Source: Elusimicrobiota bacterium (lineage in GTDB: Bacteria > Elusimicrobiota > Elusimicrobia > Elusimicrobiales > UBA9959). Taken from it: a stretch of DNA of 59,755 nucleotides. Made by a program: the position numbers and the translations under genes. Positions within the stretch are counted from its first letter, which is position 1. The number at the start of each line of letters is the position of its first letter. The stretch lies in contig JAPLKJ010000273.1 in NCBI GenBank assembly GCA_026388125.1, forward strand, positions 1 to 59,755, in the 5' to 3' direction. Below the pieces are notes generated by a model. The model was not told the DNA's origin, did no database searches, and saw nothing but the letters and a program-made list of their open reading frames with translations. This document shows, one piece after another, positions 36,488 through 47,486 of this stretch.

Positions 36488-37036
36488 ATGACCAGGAAAC
36501 TTATCGCAGCAGCAGTATTCGCTCTTTTTGCCGCCAACGCTTACGCGGCCCAGAAAACGGACCTCAGCTCCATGGATTTCGCGCAGCAGGTGAACGTGCT
36601 GTCCGCCGCGGCTAAAGCCGCCCCGGCCGCCGTCCCGGCCCCCGCGCCGGCCAGGAAGATCGCCAGGACCGGCCGCTACGTGCAGGTTTCGGGCTACGTG
36701 AACCTTAACGGCAACGGCTTCATCTCCGGCCCCAGCGGCGGCTTCACCTCGGTACCGCTCAGCGGCTGGGGCACGTTCAGGGACTCCAGCGGCCAGGTGA
36801 CCAGCAACAACACCTACATCAACCAATACGCTTCGATGTGGATCTACCCCAACCAGTACGTTTTCCAGACCGTCTACGTGAACGTCTACGCGCAGTTCAC
36901 CTACAAAGGGAAATCCGTAGGCTCCTCCAACATGACCGGCAGCGTGTCGGTCTCCGGCTTCCCGAGCACCAACTACGTTTCGCTCAACGGCTCCGGCAAC
37001 CTCAGCGGCTCCATCTACGTTGAAGACGCGGAATAG
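36488..37036 (+). CDS. Secreted beta-rich protein, function unknown
   Basis: Signal peptide MTRKLIAAAVFALFAANAYA. Gly/Ser/Asn/Tyr-rich, with two YV(N/S)LNG(N/S)G segments. Confidence 0.5.
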   Translation: MTRKLIAAAVFALFAANAYAAQKTDLSSMDFAQQVNVLSAAAKAAPAAVPAPAPARKIARTGRYVQVSGYVNLNGNGFISGPSGGFTSVPLSGWGTFRDSSGQVTSNNTYINQYASMWIYPNQYVFQTVYVNVYAQFTYKGKSVGSSNMTGSVSVSGFPSTNYVSLNGSGNLSGSIYVEDAE

Positions 37037-37055
37037 GACCTTTAGGAATTAAAAA

Positions 37056-37087
37056 GGGCGGCTTTCAAAGGCCGCTCTTTTTATTTT
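37056..37087 (+). terminator. Intrinsic terminator
   Basis: GGGCGGC-tttcaaag-GCCGCTC hairpin followed by TTTTTATTTT. Confidence 0.6.
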
Positions 37088-37092
37088 AAGAT

Positions 37093-37998
37093 ATGACCAT
37101 GAAAATACTCGAAGGCAAAACGCTGTCCGCGGAAATACTGGGGGCCCTGCCGGCCCGCATAGACGCCGTAAAGGCCCGGCTGGGACGGCCGCCCTCGCTG
37201 GCCATAATAAATTATTTCCCCGATTCCCCTTCCGCCGTGTACGTGCGGCGCAAAATGGCCGCCTGCGAAAAACTGGGCATCGTCACCAAGCTTGTCAGCA
37301 CCGCTCCGGCCGACGGCTACCCCGCGTTCAAGACCATGCTGGAGGTGCTGGGCGCCGACCCCGTCTACGACGCGGTGATGGTGGAACGCCCGCTGCCGGA
37401 CGGCTACGAGACGCTGGAGACCTGGGATTCGCTGCCGGCCGCCAAGGACGTGGACGGGCTCTCCTCCCTGAACATGGGCCGCCTGTTCATAACGAAGAAA
37501 TTCTCCGAAATAGAGGCCGCCGGCTTTTTCGTGCCCTGTACGGCGCTGGCGGTAATACGCCTGCTGGCCTTCCACGGCATCAAGCCCGCCGGCATGAACA
37601 TCGCGGTGGCGGGCCGCTCCTCGGTGGTGGGCAAGCCGCTGGCGCACATGCTTACTTCCCTGGACGCCACGGTGACGCTCTGCCACACCCGCAGCAGGAA
37701 CATAGCCGGCATTCTCAAAGCGGCCGACCTGGTGATCAGCGCCGTGGGGCGCGCCGGCTGGCTGACCCGGGACATGCTGGCGCCGGGCGCCACGCTGATA
37801 GACGTGGGCACTAATTTCGACGCCGCCGGGAAAATGTGCGGCGACGCCGACTTCGAAGGGATCAGGGACACCGCGGCGGCCGCTACGCCGGTACCCGGCG
37901 GAGTGGGGCCGGTCACGCTCGCCTGCCTGCTGGAGGCGTCCGTTAAAGCGGCCGAGCTCGCGCCTAAAACCGAAAAAGGGGAGATAGCACTAACATGA
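37093..37998 (+). CDS. folD: Bifunctional methylenetetrahydrofolate dehydrogenase / methenyl-THF cyclohydrolase
   Basis: ILEGK N-terminus, SSVVGKPLAHML NADP loop and PGGVGPVT. Confidence 0.9.
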   Translation: MTMKILEGKTLSAEILGALPARIDAVKARLGRPPSLAIINYFPDSPSAVYVRRKMAACEKLGIVTKLVSTAPADGYPAFKTMLEVLGADPVYDAVMVERPLPDGYETLETWDSLPAAKDVDGLSSLNMGRLFITKKFSEIEAAGFFVPCTALAVIRLLAFHGIKPAGMNIAVAGRSSVVGKPLAHMLTSLDATVTLCHTRSRNIAGILKAADLVISAVGRAGWLTRDMLAPGATLIDVGTNFDAAGKMCGDADFEGIRDTAAAATPVPGGVGPVTLACLLEASVKAAELAPKTEKGEIALT

Positions 37999-38417
37999 AA
38001 GAACCGCTGAAACTTGTCTTCACGGCCCTCGCCTTCCTGGCCCTCTGCCTGCCGGCGTTCGCGCAGGAAGCGGCCTCCACCGGCACCGCGTCCGCCGCGA
38101 AAACGCAGAAAGCCGCGCCCGCCGCGAAAAAACCCGCGGCAAAAAAGAAACCGGCGCCGAAAAAGAAACCGGTATCGGAATATAAGTTCAAGTCCGCTGA
38201 CGGCACCCCGGCCTACAAGTTCGACAAGCGGGGGGACCCGATAGTGAAAGCGGCGAAAAAGAAAAAGACGGCCAAAGCCGCGCCCGCCGCCGGCGCGGCC
38301 GGCACGGGCGGCAAGCCGGTGCCCAAGCTGAAAAAGGTCAAATCCATCGGCGCGGAGGACAAGGCCGACGCTTCGGCCGAAGCCGCGGCCGCCGCGCAGG
38401 GCGCGGCGGGGCAATAA
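37995..38417 (+). CDS. Secreted Lys/Ala/Pro-rich low-complexity protein
   Basis: Signal peptide, then KKPAAKKKPAPKKKP-type tracts. ATGA overlap with the folD stop. Confidence 0.5.
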   Translation: MKEPLKLVFTALAFLALCLPAFAQEAASTGTASAAKTQKAAPAAKKPAAKKKPAPKKKPVSEYKFKSADGTPAYKFDKRGDPIVKAAKKKKTAKAAPAAGAAGTGGKPVPKLKKVKSIGAEDKADASAEAAAAAQGAAGQ

Positions 38418-38887
38418 TGGCCGACCTCCTGATAAAGCTTTACGGCCTGCCGTCCTCGGCGCCGGTAATTGAAAAGCTGGCCGCGGCGGGTATAGAGATA
38501 AAGCGCGCCATCGGCCCCGAGCGCCGCGCGGTGGCCGACTGGGTGCTGGCGAAATTCTCGAAATGCTGGGCCAGCGAGACCGACTGCGCTTTTTCCCAGG
38601 CGCCGGTAACCTGCTTCGTGGCGGTGAAAGGCGGCAAGCCCGTCGGGTTCGCCTGCTACGATACGACCGCCAGGGGCTTTTTCGGCCCGATCGGCGTGGA
38701 CGAGGCCGAACGCGCGGGCGGGCTGGGCAAAGCGCTGCTGCTGCGCACGCTGGAAGCCATGCGCGACGCCGGCTACGGCTACGCCATAGTAGGCTGGGCC
38801 GGCCCGGTGGCTTTCTTTAAAAAGGCCGCCGGCGCCACGGTGATAGCGGGCTCCGAGCCCGGCGTATACAAAGATCTGCTGAAGTAA
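38417..38887 (+). CDS. GNAT-family N-acetyltransferase
   Basis: Acetyl-CoA motif ERAGGLGKALLLRTLEAM. TAATG overlap with the upstream gene. Confidence 0.65.
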   Translation: MADLLIKLYGLPSSAPVIEKLAAAGIEIKRAIGPERRAVADWVLAKFSKCWASETDCAFSQAPVTCFVAVKGGKPVGFACYDTTARGFFGPIGVDEAERAGGLGKALLLRTLEAMRDAGYGYAIVGWAGPVAFFKKAAGATVIAGSEPGVYKDLLK

Positions 38888-38900
38888 GGCCGCGGCAAAC

Positions 38901-39650
38901 ATGAAAGTCCCCGACGAATGGCATAAGGGTTTCTTCAGGAATTCCTTCTATAATCCGGCCTCGGCCGCCGCGGTGGCCAAGGCCCCGGCGGAGGCCGCCT
39001 TCGTGCTCCGGCAGCTCAGGCTTAAGAAGGGCGCGGCCCTGCTGGACCTGTGCTGCGGCCCGGGGCGGCACGCGGTGGAGTTCGCCAAAAACGGGCTGAA
39101 CGTCACGGGCTTCGACTTTTCCGGCGAATATCTGGGAGAGGCCGGGCAGCGGGCCCTTAAAAAAAAGGTTAAGCTGCGCCTTGTACGCGGCGACATGCGC
39201 CTGCTTAAGTTCAAAGGCGAATTCGACGCGGCCGTGAACCTGTTCACCAGCTTCGGCTACTTCCGGAAATTGTCCGACGACCTTAAAACCCTGAAAGGCG
39301 TGGCCCGGGCGCTCAAGCCCGGCTGGCTGTTCCTGCTGGACGTGGTTTCAGGCGATCATGTGAGGAATAATTTCCGCCCGCGCTCCTGGGGGGACATGGG
39401 CGGCCATTACCTTCTTGAGGAAGCGGAACTGAACGGCGACGGCGTTTTCAATATCTGGATCAAAATAAATAAAAAGACGGGGAAGACGCTGAAAAAAGCC
39501 TTTTTCAGCCGCCTTTACACGCAGGAAAGGCTGGGCGGCCTGCTGCGCAAAGCCGGGCTGCGGCCGCTGAAGTTCTGGGGCGATTTCCAGGGCCGGCCGC
39601 TTTCGGCGGACAGGAACCGGCTGCTGGTCCTGGCGGAAAAGATCAAATGA
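38901..39650 (+). CDS. Class I SAM-dependent methyltransferase
   Basis: Motif I LLDLCCGPGRH, and post-I/II motifs GFDFS and LKPGWLFLLDV. Confidence 0.8.
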   Translation: MKVPDEWHKGFFRNSFYNPASAAAVAKAPAEAAFVLRQLRLKKGAALLDLCCGPGRHAVEFAKNGLNVTGFDFSGEYLGEAGQRALKKKVKLRLVRGDMRLLKFKGEFDAAVNLFTSFGYFRKLSDDLKTLKGVARALKPGWLFLLDVVSGDHVRNNFRPRSWGDMGGHYLLEEAELNGDGVFNIWIKINKKTGKTLKKAFFSRLYTQERLGGLLRKAGLRPLKFWGDFQGRPLSADRNRLLVLAEKIK

Positions 39651-40462
39651 CGCCGCTGAAAAAACCGGCCGCGGCGCCTCCGCGGACCTTCGAGCTTAAA
39701 CAGATAGGCGTGCTGGAATCCTGCTTCCAGGAAAAATTCGGCACGCCGCGCCAGCCCAGGCTGGTGCCAGGCGCGCCGGCCAGGCTGCGCGTGGCCCCGG
39801 AGTTCTGCCCGGCGCATTCCCTTTCCGGCCTGGCCCAGTTCAGCCACGTATGGGTGCTGTCCTGGCTGCATCTGGCCACCAACAAAACCTTCCACCCTAA
39901 GATACACCCGCCGCGCCTGAAGGGGGGCAAGATAGGCGTGTTCGCCTCGCGCTCGCCGCACCGCCCCAATCCCATCGGGCTTTCGCTGGCCAAACTCGAG
40001 AAGGTGGAGGGGGACACGCTCTATCTTTCGGGGCTCGACCTGATCAACGGCACACCGGTCTTCGACATCAAGCCCTACCTGCCCTTCTGCGACGCCGCCG
40101 AGGACGCGCTGTCGGGCTGGCTGCCGGCCAACGCCTTCCCCGAGCTCGAGGTGGTCTTCTCGCAGCGGGCGCTGGCCGACATCGCGCGCATAGAGGCGGC
40201 TGAGAATCCCGGCATCCGCGCCCTGATAGCCGACACGCTGCGCCACGACCCGCGCAACATGCGCGACAAGACGCAGATGGCGGAAGGCCTCGATATGGGT
40301 TTTTTCCTGGCCAACCACGACGTGCACTTCTCCGTGGCCGGGACCACGGCCACCGTGCTGCGCGTGGAGACCGGCCTGAAGTTCGAGAAAAAATTCCGCA
40401 GGGCAAAACCTGCCGCAAAAGATCCGTCCGGCAAGCAGGACGAGGAACACCGCGTTGCCTGA
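39647..40462 (+). CDS. trmO: tRNA (m6t6A37) methyltransferase TrmO/TsaA (YaeB family)
   Basis: FGTPRQP, SHVWVLSWLH, RSPHRPNPIG and NGTPVFDIKPYLP motifs. Confidence 0.8.
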   Translation: MTPLKKPAAAPPRTFELKQIGVLESCFQEKFGTPRQPRLVPGAPARLRVAPEFCPAHSLSGLAQFSHVWVLSWLHLATNKTFHPKIHPPRLKGGKIGVFASRSPHRPNPIGLSLAKLEKVEGDTLYLSGLDLINGTPVFDIKPYLPFCDAAEDALSGWLPANAFPELEVVFSQRALADIARIEAAENPGIRALIADTLRHDPRNMRDKTQMAEGLDMGFFLANHDVHFSVAGTTATVLRVETGLKFEKKFRRAKPAAKDPSGKQDEEHRVA

Positions 40463-40473
40463 GAGCTGAAGAT

Positions 40474-42327
40474 ATGGGCAAAAGATCGCGTTCACGCCAA
40501 CAGACCCCGGCGGCCGGCGGCGCCGCGGGCGGGCCTGAAAGCCCGCCGGAGAACTTCTTCGGCAGCCGCCTCGCGCTCGCGCTGGTGCTGCTCTGCGCGC
40601 TGGCGGCGGTCTGGCCGGCGCTCACGGCCGGCTTTATAAATTGGGACGACCCGCAGTATATCACCAAGAACCCGCTGATGGCAGGCCACGCCTGGAAAGA
40701 GGTGTTCACCACCTCGCCGCTGGGCTACTACCACCCGCTTACCGTGGCAGGCTACAAGCTGGTATACACGCTGGCCGGCCCGAACCCCGCTGCCTTTCAC
40801 GGGCTCAATATAGCGCTGCACCTGGCGAACTGCGCTTTGGTCTATTATTTCGCGCTGGCCGTGAGCGGCGGGCCGTCAGCCGCGCTGCTGGCCGCGCTGA
40901 TGTTCGCCGTGCACCCCACCCGCGCGGAGCCGGTGGCCTGGATCTCCGGCATGAAAGACCTGCTGAGCTGCCTGTTCTTCCTGGGTACGCTGCTGACCTA
41001 CCTGCGTTATCTGCGGTCCCTGAAGGAAAGGGCGGCGGGCCAGGGCTGGCTTGCGGCTTCCGCGGCGCTGTTCGCGGCCGCCCTGCTCGCAAAGCCTACC
41101 ATCCTGACCGGAGCGTTAGTGCTGTTCGTGCTGGACTGGCACCAGGAGCGGCCTTTAAGCAAGCGGATCTTCCTTGAAAAACTGCCGTATTTTCTGGCGG
41201 CCGCGGTACCGGTGCTGCTTTCGTTCAAATTCGGGAAGTTCTTCCTTGCGCAGTATTCGGGGTTCCACCCGCTGAGAACGGCGGCGTATGCCGGGAACAC
41301 CGCGCTGTTCTATCTTTCGAAAACAGTATACCCGGCGAAACTGTCCTCGCTTTACCCGCATCCTCACATACCGGCGAACATCGCGCTGGCCTGCCTGCCC
41401 GCCGTTGCGCTCATCGCCGCCGGCGTGTGGCTGCTGAAGGCCCGGCTGCGCCCGTACGCGCTGGGCGTCTGGTTCTTCGCGCTCACGCTGCTGCCCTCGC
41501 TGCGCTTCGCGGAATTGTTCCCTGCGGACAGGTATCTGTACCTCCCGGCCATAGGGCTGTTCTGCGCCGCGGGCGCGGCGTTCGCGGCGCTCTATAAAAG
41601 GGCGAAACTACCGGCCGGGGCGGCCGCCGCGGCGCTGGTACTGGCGCTGGCCTGGAACTGCCACGCGCGGGCGGCGCTCTGGGGCAACGCGGTCAACTTG
41701 TGGGACGACACGCTGTCCAAGTACCAGCCCGGCCCGGCCGAACGGAACTCTTTCTTTTCCTATGTCCGTTCCTACCGGGGGATCTCGCTGTTCGAGGTTA
41801 AACGCTTTGAGGAAGCTTTCGGGGATTATTCCGCAGCGCTGAAGCTGGCGCCCGCCCGCGATGATGTTTATGAACTCTACTACTGGCTGGGGAACTGCAG
41901 TTTCCGGCTGCAGCGCTATGAGCAGGCTGCCGGCTATTTTGGCAGCTCGCTTGAGCTTAAACCCGCTTACGAGCTGGCCCGCAACAATCACGGCTCGGCC
42001 CTGCTGGCCCTGGGCCGCTACGCCGAGGCGGAGGCCGATTTCGGCGCGGCGCTGGAACTTTCGCCGCAGTACACGGACGCCTATGTAAACAGGGGCAGGG
42101 TCCGCCTCATTTCCGGGCGCTTCGCTCCGGCCGTTGAGGACTTCAGCCGCGCGCTCGCCCTCCGGCCGCGCAGCGATACCGCGTTCGATCTGCGCGGCCG
42201 GGCCGAACTCGGCCTGAAACGCTATGACGCCGCCATCGCCGATCTCGACCGGGCGCTGCTGCTGAATCCGGACAACGGCACCGCGCGCACGCTGAAAGCC
42301 GCGGCGGAGAAACTGCGCCGGCCTTAA
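40474..42327 (+). CDS. TMTC-like GT-C membrane protein with C-terminal TPR repeats (paralogue A)
   Basis: FINWDDPQYI, YHPLT, NIALHLANCALVY and VHPTRAEPVAWISGMKDLL motifs, about 11 TM spans, then TPR repeats. Confidence 0.7.
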   Translation: MGKRSRSRQQTPAAGGAAGGPESPPENFFGSRLALALVLLCALAAVWPALTAGFINWDDPQYITKNPLMAGHAWKEVFTTSPLGYYHPLTVAGYKLVYTLAGPNPAAFHGLNIALHLANCALVYYFALAVSGGPSAALLAALMFAVHPTRAEPVAWISGMKDLLSCLFFLGTLLTYLRYLRSLKERAAGQGWLAASAALFAAALLAKPTILTGALVLFVLDWHQERPLSKRIFLEKLPYFLAAAVPVLLSFKFGKFFLAQYSGFHPLRTAAYAGNTALFYLSKTVYPAKLSSLYPHPHIPANIALACLPAVALIAAGVWLLKARLRPYALGVWFFALTLLPSLRFAELFPADRYLYLPAIGLFCAAGAAFAALYKRAKLPAGAAAAALVLALAWNCHARAALWGNAVNLWDDTLSKYQPGPAERNSFFSYVRSYRGISLFEVKRFEEAFGDYSAALKLAPARDDVYELYYWLGNCSFRLQRYEQAAGYFGSSLELKPAYELARNNHGSALLALGRYAEAEADFGAALELSPQYTDAYVNRGRVRLISGRFAPAVEDFSRALALRPRSDTAFDLRGRAELGLKRYDAAIADLDRALLLNPDNGTARTLKAAAEKLRRP

Positions 42328-42350
42328 CTGACGGCGGAAAGGAATATTTT

Positions 42351-42664
42351 ATGGATAAAAAAACAGGCTATGCCCTGCTCTGGGGCGGGGTGGGAATAAT
42401 ACTCTACAGCCTGGTTATGGCGTGGAAAGTTTTCGGCGGCAGCGCGCCGCCCCCCAACCTGATCGATATGAAGTCCGTAGTGCTGCCCCTGCCCAACATG
42501 CAGTTCGCCATGCCGCTGGACCCGAGCATCTCCAAAACGGCGAACATTTCGCTCTACTTCATGTTCCTTTTCTTCATCTCCAGCGCGGGCGGCAGGATAG
42601 CGAACTTAGGGGTGAAGCTGGTCAGGGAGCCGAGGTCTGAGCCCAAAAAGCCCGGGCCGCAGCC

Positions 42665-42668
<4 letters not shown>
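42351..42668 (+). CDS. Small two-TM membrane protein
   Basis: 105 aa with two hydrophobic spans. Its 3' end overlaps the convergent nadA stop by 4 nt. Confidence 0.4.
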
Positions 42669-43672
<1,004 letters not shown>

Positions 43673-43673
43673 A

Positions 43674-44411
43674 TCAGCCTTTTAAGACCCACTTGCCCAG
43701 GATATCCGGGAAATTGCTGAAGATGCCGTCCACGCCTATTTTCTTCATGCGCAGCGCGTCCTTCTTCGTGTTCACGGTGTAGACGCAGACCCTGAACCCG
43801 GCTTTCCTGATGCGCGCCACGTTCAGCCCGAAGGCCAGGCGCAGGGACAGGTGGAAATTCACGGCCCTTACGGCCCTGGCCCTGCGGAGCGCGGGCAGCA
43901 GCAGCACCGTGCTAAGGTTATGTCCCAGGTAGGCCAGCTTCAGGTCGGGCGCAAGCTCCCGGAGCCGCTTCAGCGTGCCGTGGTCGAAACTGGAGACCAG
44001 GGCTTTTTCGAACAGGCCGGGGCGGCTGCGCAGGAAAGCCAGCAGCTTACCCTCTATGCCGGGATAGACGTTGTCGTCGTTCTTCACCTCGAAATTCAGC
44101 ATCTCGGCCGCCGGCCCGATAACGTCTATCACCTCTTCGAGGCGCGGCGCGTACTGCGGCGTCTTGTCGTGCCTGAAATAGGCCCCCACGTTGAATTTTT
44201 TAAGTTCGGCGTAATCCAGGTCCGCTATTTTGACGTCCTTGCCGGCGGTGGCCTTAAGGCTGAAGTCGTGGTGCACCGCCAGGATGCCGTCCCTGGTCTG
44301 GTGCACGTCGAACTCGAAATCCTTCGCGCCCATTTCAACGGCCAGCCTGAAGGCTTTTAAAGTGTTTTCAGGCGCGTAGCCGGAGGCGCCGCGATGCGAG
44401 ATGATTTTCAT
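43674..44411 (-). CDS. Glycerophosphodiester phosphodiesterase (cytoplasmic)
   Basis: The ATG at 44411 gives MKIISHRGASGYAPENT. ATGA overlap with the upstream PHP gene. Confidence 0.85.
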   Translation of the reverse strand: MKIISHRGASGYAPENTLKAFRLAVEMGAKDFEFDVHQTRDGILAVHHDFSLKATAGKDVKIADLDYAELKKFNVGAYFRHDKTPQYAPRLEEVIDVIGPAAEMLNFEVKNDDNVYPGIEGKLLAFLRSRPGLFEKALVSSFDHGTLKRLRELAPDLKLAYLGHNLSTVLLLPALRRARAVRAVNFHLSLRLAFGLNVARIRKAGFRVCVYTVNTKKDALRMKKIGVDGIFSNFPDILGKWVLKG

Positions 44412-45217
44412 ATGAAGACCCGTCCGATGCCCGCGAAGTGTTCTTCGCAATAGTCGAAGCCGTACATCTTGTCCCTGTCCGAGCCGGGCCCGTGGAAGTC
44501 GTTGCCGGCCGTGACGAAAAGGTCGTAGCGGGCGGCCAGCGCTATGAATTCGCGCGTCAGGGCCTGCGAATGCGCCGGGTAGAACGCCTCGATCCCGTCC
44601 AGGCCCGCCTCTTTCCAGCGCGGCAGGTCCAGCACGTTCTTCACCACGCCCGGGTGGGCCAGCACCGCCAGGCCGCCGGCGTTCTTAATGGAGCGGATGG
44701 CCGTCTCCACGTCGGGGCCGCAGGGCGGCGAATAGGCGGGCATGCCGTAGGCCACATAGCGCTGGAAGCCCTGCTTACGGGTCTTCACCACGCCTTTTTT
44801 CTTGAGCAGGTCGGCTATGTGGGGCCGGCCCAGCGTGCGCACGTCCACCGGCAGCTCCTCGAATTTTATGTCCACGCCCTGCGCCACCAGCAGGGCTATT
44901 ATTTTTTTCAGCCGCTCCAGCCGTTTGGCCCGGTAGCCGGTCAGCTCGGAGAGGAACCGCGCGTTATGCACGTCCACGCCGTAGCCGAGCATGTGCAGGT
45001 TGTCGTGGAAGTTGGTGGTGAGCTCCACGCCGTAGCAATAGGTTATGCCGGCCTCTTTAAGCGCCGGCTCCAGTTCGGCCCAGCCGTTCACGTTATCGTG
45101 GTCGGTGAGCGAGAAATATTTTATGCCGGCGCGCACGGCCTCGCGCGCCAGCTCCGCGGGGGTAAGCGTCCCGTCCGAATGGTTTGAATGGGTGTGAAGG
45201 TTTATCAGGCCGGGCAT
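44408..45217 (-). CDS. PHP-domain metal-dependent phosphoesterase (TrpH/YciV-like)
   Basis: INLHTHSNHSDG N-terminus, with LTDHD and GNDFHG motifs. Confidence 0.8.
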   Translation of the reverse strand: MPGLINLHTHSNHSDGTLTPAELAREAVRAGIKYFSLTDHDNVNGWAELEPALKEAGITYCYGVELTTNFHDNLHMLGYGVDVHNARFLSELTGYRAKRLERLKKIIALLVAQGVDIKFEELPVDVRTLGRPHIADLLKKKGVVKTRKQGFQRYVAYGMPAYSPPCGPDVETAIRSIKNAGGLAVLAHPGVVKNVLDLPRWKEAGLDGIEAFYPAHSQALTREFIALAARYDLFVTAGNDFHGPGSDRDKMYGFDYCEEHFAGIGRVFI

Positions 45218-45328
45218 GGGGGAAATAAGACCAAAGAACGCGGCTGCCCGGGCCGGCCGCCGCAGCGCGCGGGGCTGACTGCCCGCTTCGCGCCTTTTGC
45301 GGCTAAACCCGGAAAGACAGCGCTCTTC

Positions 45329-45553
45329 TTACCCTACCGTTACTTCTTTTACTTCGGGGACCTCTTCCTTTATCATGCGCTCCACTACGTTCTTGAGCGT
45401 TATGGTGGCGTGCGGGCAGCAGCCGCAGGCGCCGGTAAGGCGTACTTTCACCTGGCCTTTTTTCTCGTCCACGCCCAGCAGTTCCACGGAACCGCCGTCG
45501 GCGGCCAGCATGGGCTTTATCTTCTCTATGATCTTCTCTACTTTAGCTTTCAT
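45329..45553 (-). CDS. NifU C-terminal-domain (Nfu-type) Fe-S cluster carrier
   Basis: 74 aa with ADGGSVEL and GACGCCPHA motifs. Confidence 0.85.
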   Translation of the reverse strand: MKAKVEKIIEKIKPMLAADGGSVELLGVDEKKGQVKVRLTGACGCCPHATITLKNVVERMIKEEVPEVKEVTVG

Positions 45554-45686
45554 AAGGACTCCTTATACCGCTGTTTCAATTATAGCAAGTCTGGCCGGCC
45601 CTCACGAAGCCCGCGCGGCGAAGGGCCGCAATTTGCCGGGCGAAGCGGTTTCTGTTACAATTACCGCCGGAACTGGACACCAGTCA

Positions 45687-47486
45687 ATGCTGAACACGCT
45701 GATAAAAAAAATAGACCGCCTGGCCGCGCTGCGCTTTTTCCCGGCGCTGGCCGCCGTCTGCGCCGCGGTGCTGACCTCCCCGGAGGTGCTGAACCTTTTC
45801 TCCGGGTCCCCGGAGGGCTATTTTTACATCGGGCCGGCCGCCCAGTTCATAGACAGCGGGAAAAGCCTGTTCTACGGCCTGCGCGACGCCGCCGCGGGCG
45901 GCAAGATGCCGCTGTTCAGCTTTATCTCCGCGGCTTTCCTCGATCCCTTCTCCAGGCAGGGCACCAACGTCCTGCTGCTGCTGTTCAACTCCGGTATTTA
46001 TTTCCTTTGCTTCACGGCCGGGCGGGCGGGGCGCAGCGCTTTCGCCGGCCTGGCCGCGCTGGTGGCGGCCCTGGCGCTGAACCTGGCCGGCGCCGCCAAC
46101 TACGAAATGGAGCAGGCGGTCTACACTTTTTTCCTCATGCTGCTGCTGAACCTGCTGGTCCGCGGCAGGCCAGGCGGCTTTTTCAGGGCTTCGGCCCTCG
46201 GGCTGGCCGTGGGGTTCACCCTGCTCGTGCGCTCCCCGCTGTTCCTGTTCCCGGTGTTCCTGCCGGCATGGGATTTCGCGCTGCGCAAAATTACGGGCGC
46301 GGCCGGGCCGGCGGCGCGCCGCGGCTGGCTGGTATTCCTGGCGGCGTCCTATCTGCTGCTCGGCCCCTGGCTGGGCGTAAATTATTTCCTGCACCGGAAG
46401 TTCATCCCGTTCGAGGCCAACCGGGCGGACAACAACGTGATCGCGGCAGCGCTGGGCAGCGTCTATACCCTGGAGTTCGACGGCAGGGCGCTGGCCGGGC
46501 TGGGCCAGAACGACAGCGCGCTGGCCTGGGCGGCCAAAGAAACTGCCAGGCACCCGGTCAGGTCAGCCGCCGCCTTCTTCAAGCGGCTGGCCGTCATTTT
46601 TCTGCTGCAGCCGCTGCTGCTGCCGCTCATACTGGCCGCGCTGCTGTTCTACAGGACGCAGGCAACGCTGGCGGCCCTGCCTCTTATCATTTATTTCGTG
46701 GTCATACACGCCCTGCTGGCCGTGGAGGCCCGCTACCTTTACCCGCTCAGGTTCTTCGCCGCATTCCTGATAGGCGGCGCCGTTTTCAGGTTCGTTGAGG
46801 GCCGCCGGGAGACGCGGGCCGCGGCGGGGCCGCGCGCGCCGTTCTACGCCGCGCTGGCCTTCACGGCCGCGGCCGAGCTGCTGCTGCTGGCCTATCCCTT
46901 CCGGGCGGCCGCGGGTTACGGCGTATCTATGGACCGGGCTATACGGATGTTCCCCGGCGATGCCTGGCTGCGCCTTAAGCAGGGGGAATTCCTGTTCTCG
47001 CAGGGCAGGCCCGGCGATGGCCTGGCCGCTTTGCGGGAGGCCTGCGCGAAGGCGGGCGGCAGGGACGCGGGCACGGCCTATATTGTGCGGACGCTGGCCG
47101 CAAAGAGAGAGGGCGAGCTGGCGCCGCCGCCGGCGACGGCGCCCGGGCTGGACCTGACGGCGCTGTATATAGTGAAAGCGCTGAAGGAGCTTGAGTTCGG
47201 GAACGCGAAAGGCGCGGAAGCCTCGCTGGCCGCGGCCTACAGGGTCTGGGGGAACACGGGAAATATCTCGCACGGCCCCGCCGCCCTGCCGGAGAGCGAC
47301 GCCGCGCTGCTTGAAAAAGCGCGGGGCGCCAATAATATGTTCTGGGATTACTACGTCTATAAAGGGCTGGTCTACTGGGCGCCGGCCGACCGCGGACGCC
47401 TGCTGGCCCGGCTGGAAAAGCTAACGCCTCTGACGCCCGAACTGGCCGCCCTGAAGCGCGCGCCGGCAGCCCTCACTTTCCAATAA
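45687..47486 (+). CDS. ArnT/PMT-like (GT-C) polytopic membrane protein with a helical TPR-like C-terminus
   Basis: The ATG at 45687 was chosen because the track ORF upstream of it is Arg/Pro-rich read-through. Many TM spans, then a soluble helical region. Confidence 0.5.
   Translation: MLNTLIKKIDRLAALRFFPALAAVCAAVLTSPEVLNLFSGSPEGYFYIGPAAQFIDSGKSLFYGLRDAAAGGKMPLFSFISAAFLDPFSRQGTNVLLLLFNSGIYFLCFTAGRAGRSAFAGLAALVAALALNLAGAANYEMEQAVYTFFLMLLLNLLVRGRPGGFFRASALGLAVGFTLLVRSPLFLFPVFLPAWDFALRKITGAAGPAARRGWLVFLAASYLLLGPWLGVNYFLHRKFIPFEANRADNNVIAAALGSVYTLEFDGRALAGLGQNDSALAWAAKETARHPVRSAAAFFKRLAVIFLLQPLLLPLILAALLFYRTQATLAALPLIIYFVVIHALLAVEARYLYPLRFFAAFLIGGAVFRFVEGRRETRAAAGPRAPFYAALAFTAAAELLLLAYPFRAAAGYGVSMDRAIRMFPGDAWLRLKQGEFLFSQGRPGDGLAALREACAKAGGRDAGTAYIVRTLAAKREGELAPPPATAPGLDLTALYIVKALKELEFGNAKGAEASLAAAYRVWGNTGNISHGPAALPESDAALLEKARGANNMFWDYYVYKGLVYWAPADRGRLLARLEKLTPLTPELAALKRAPAALTFQ

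Noticed and set aside
37404-38414. 336-aa minus-strand ORF
   Set aside because: Antisense to folD and the Lys-rich gene. Gly/Arg-rich composition.
45188-46798. 536-aa ORF, plus the N-terminal extension 45297-45686 of the 729-aa ORF
   Set aside because: The extension runs antisense through the Nfu gene and an intergenic region and is Arg/Pro-rich. The ATG at 45687 starts the hydrophobic membrane protein.
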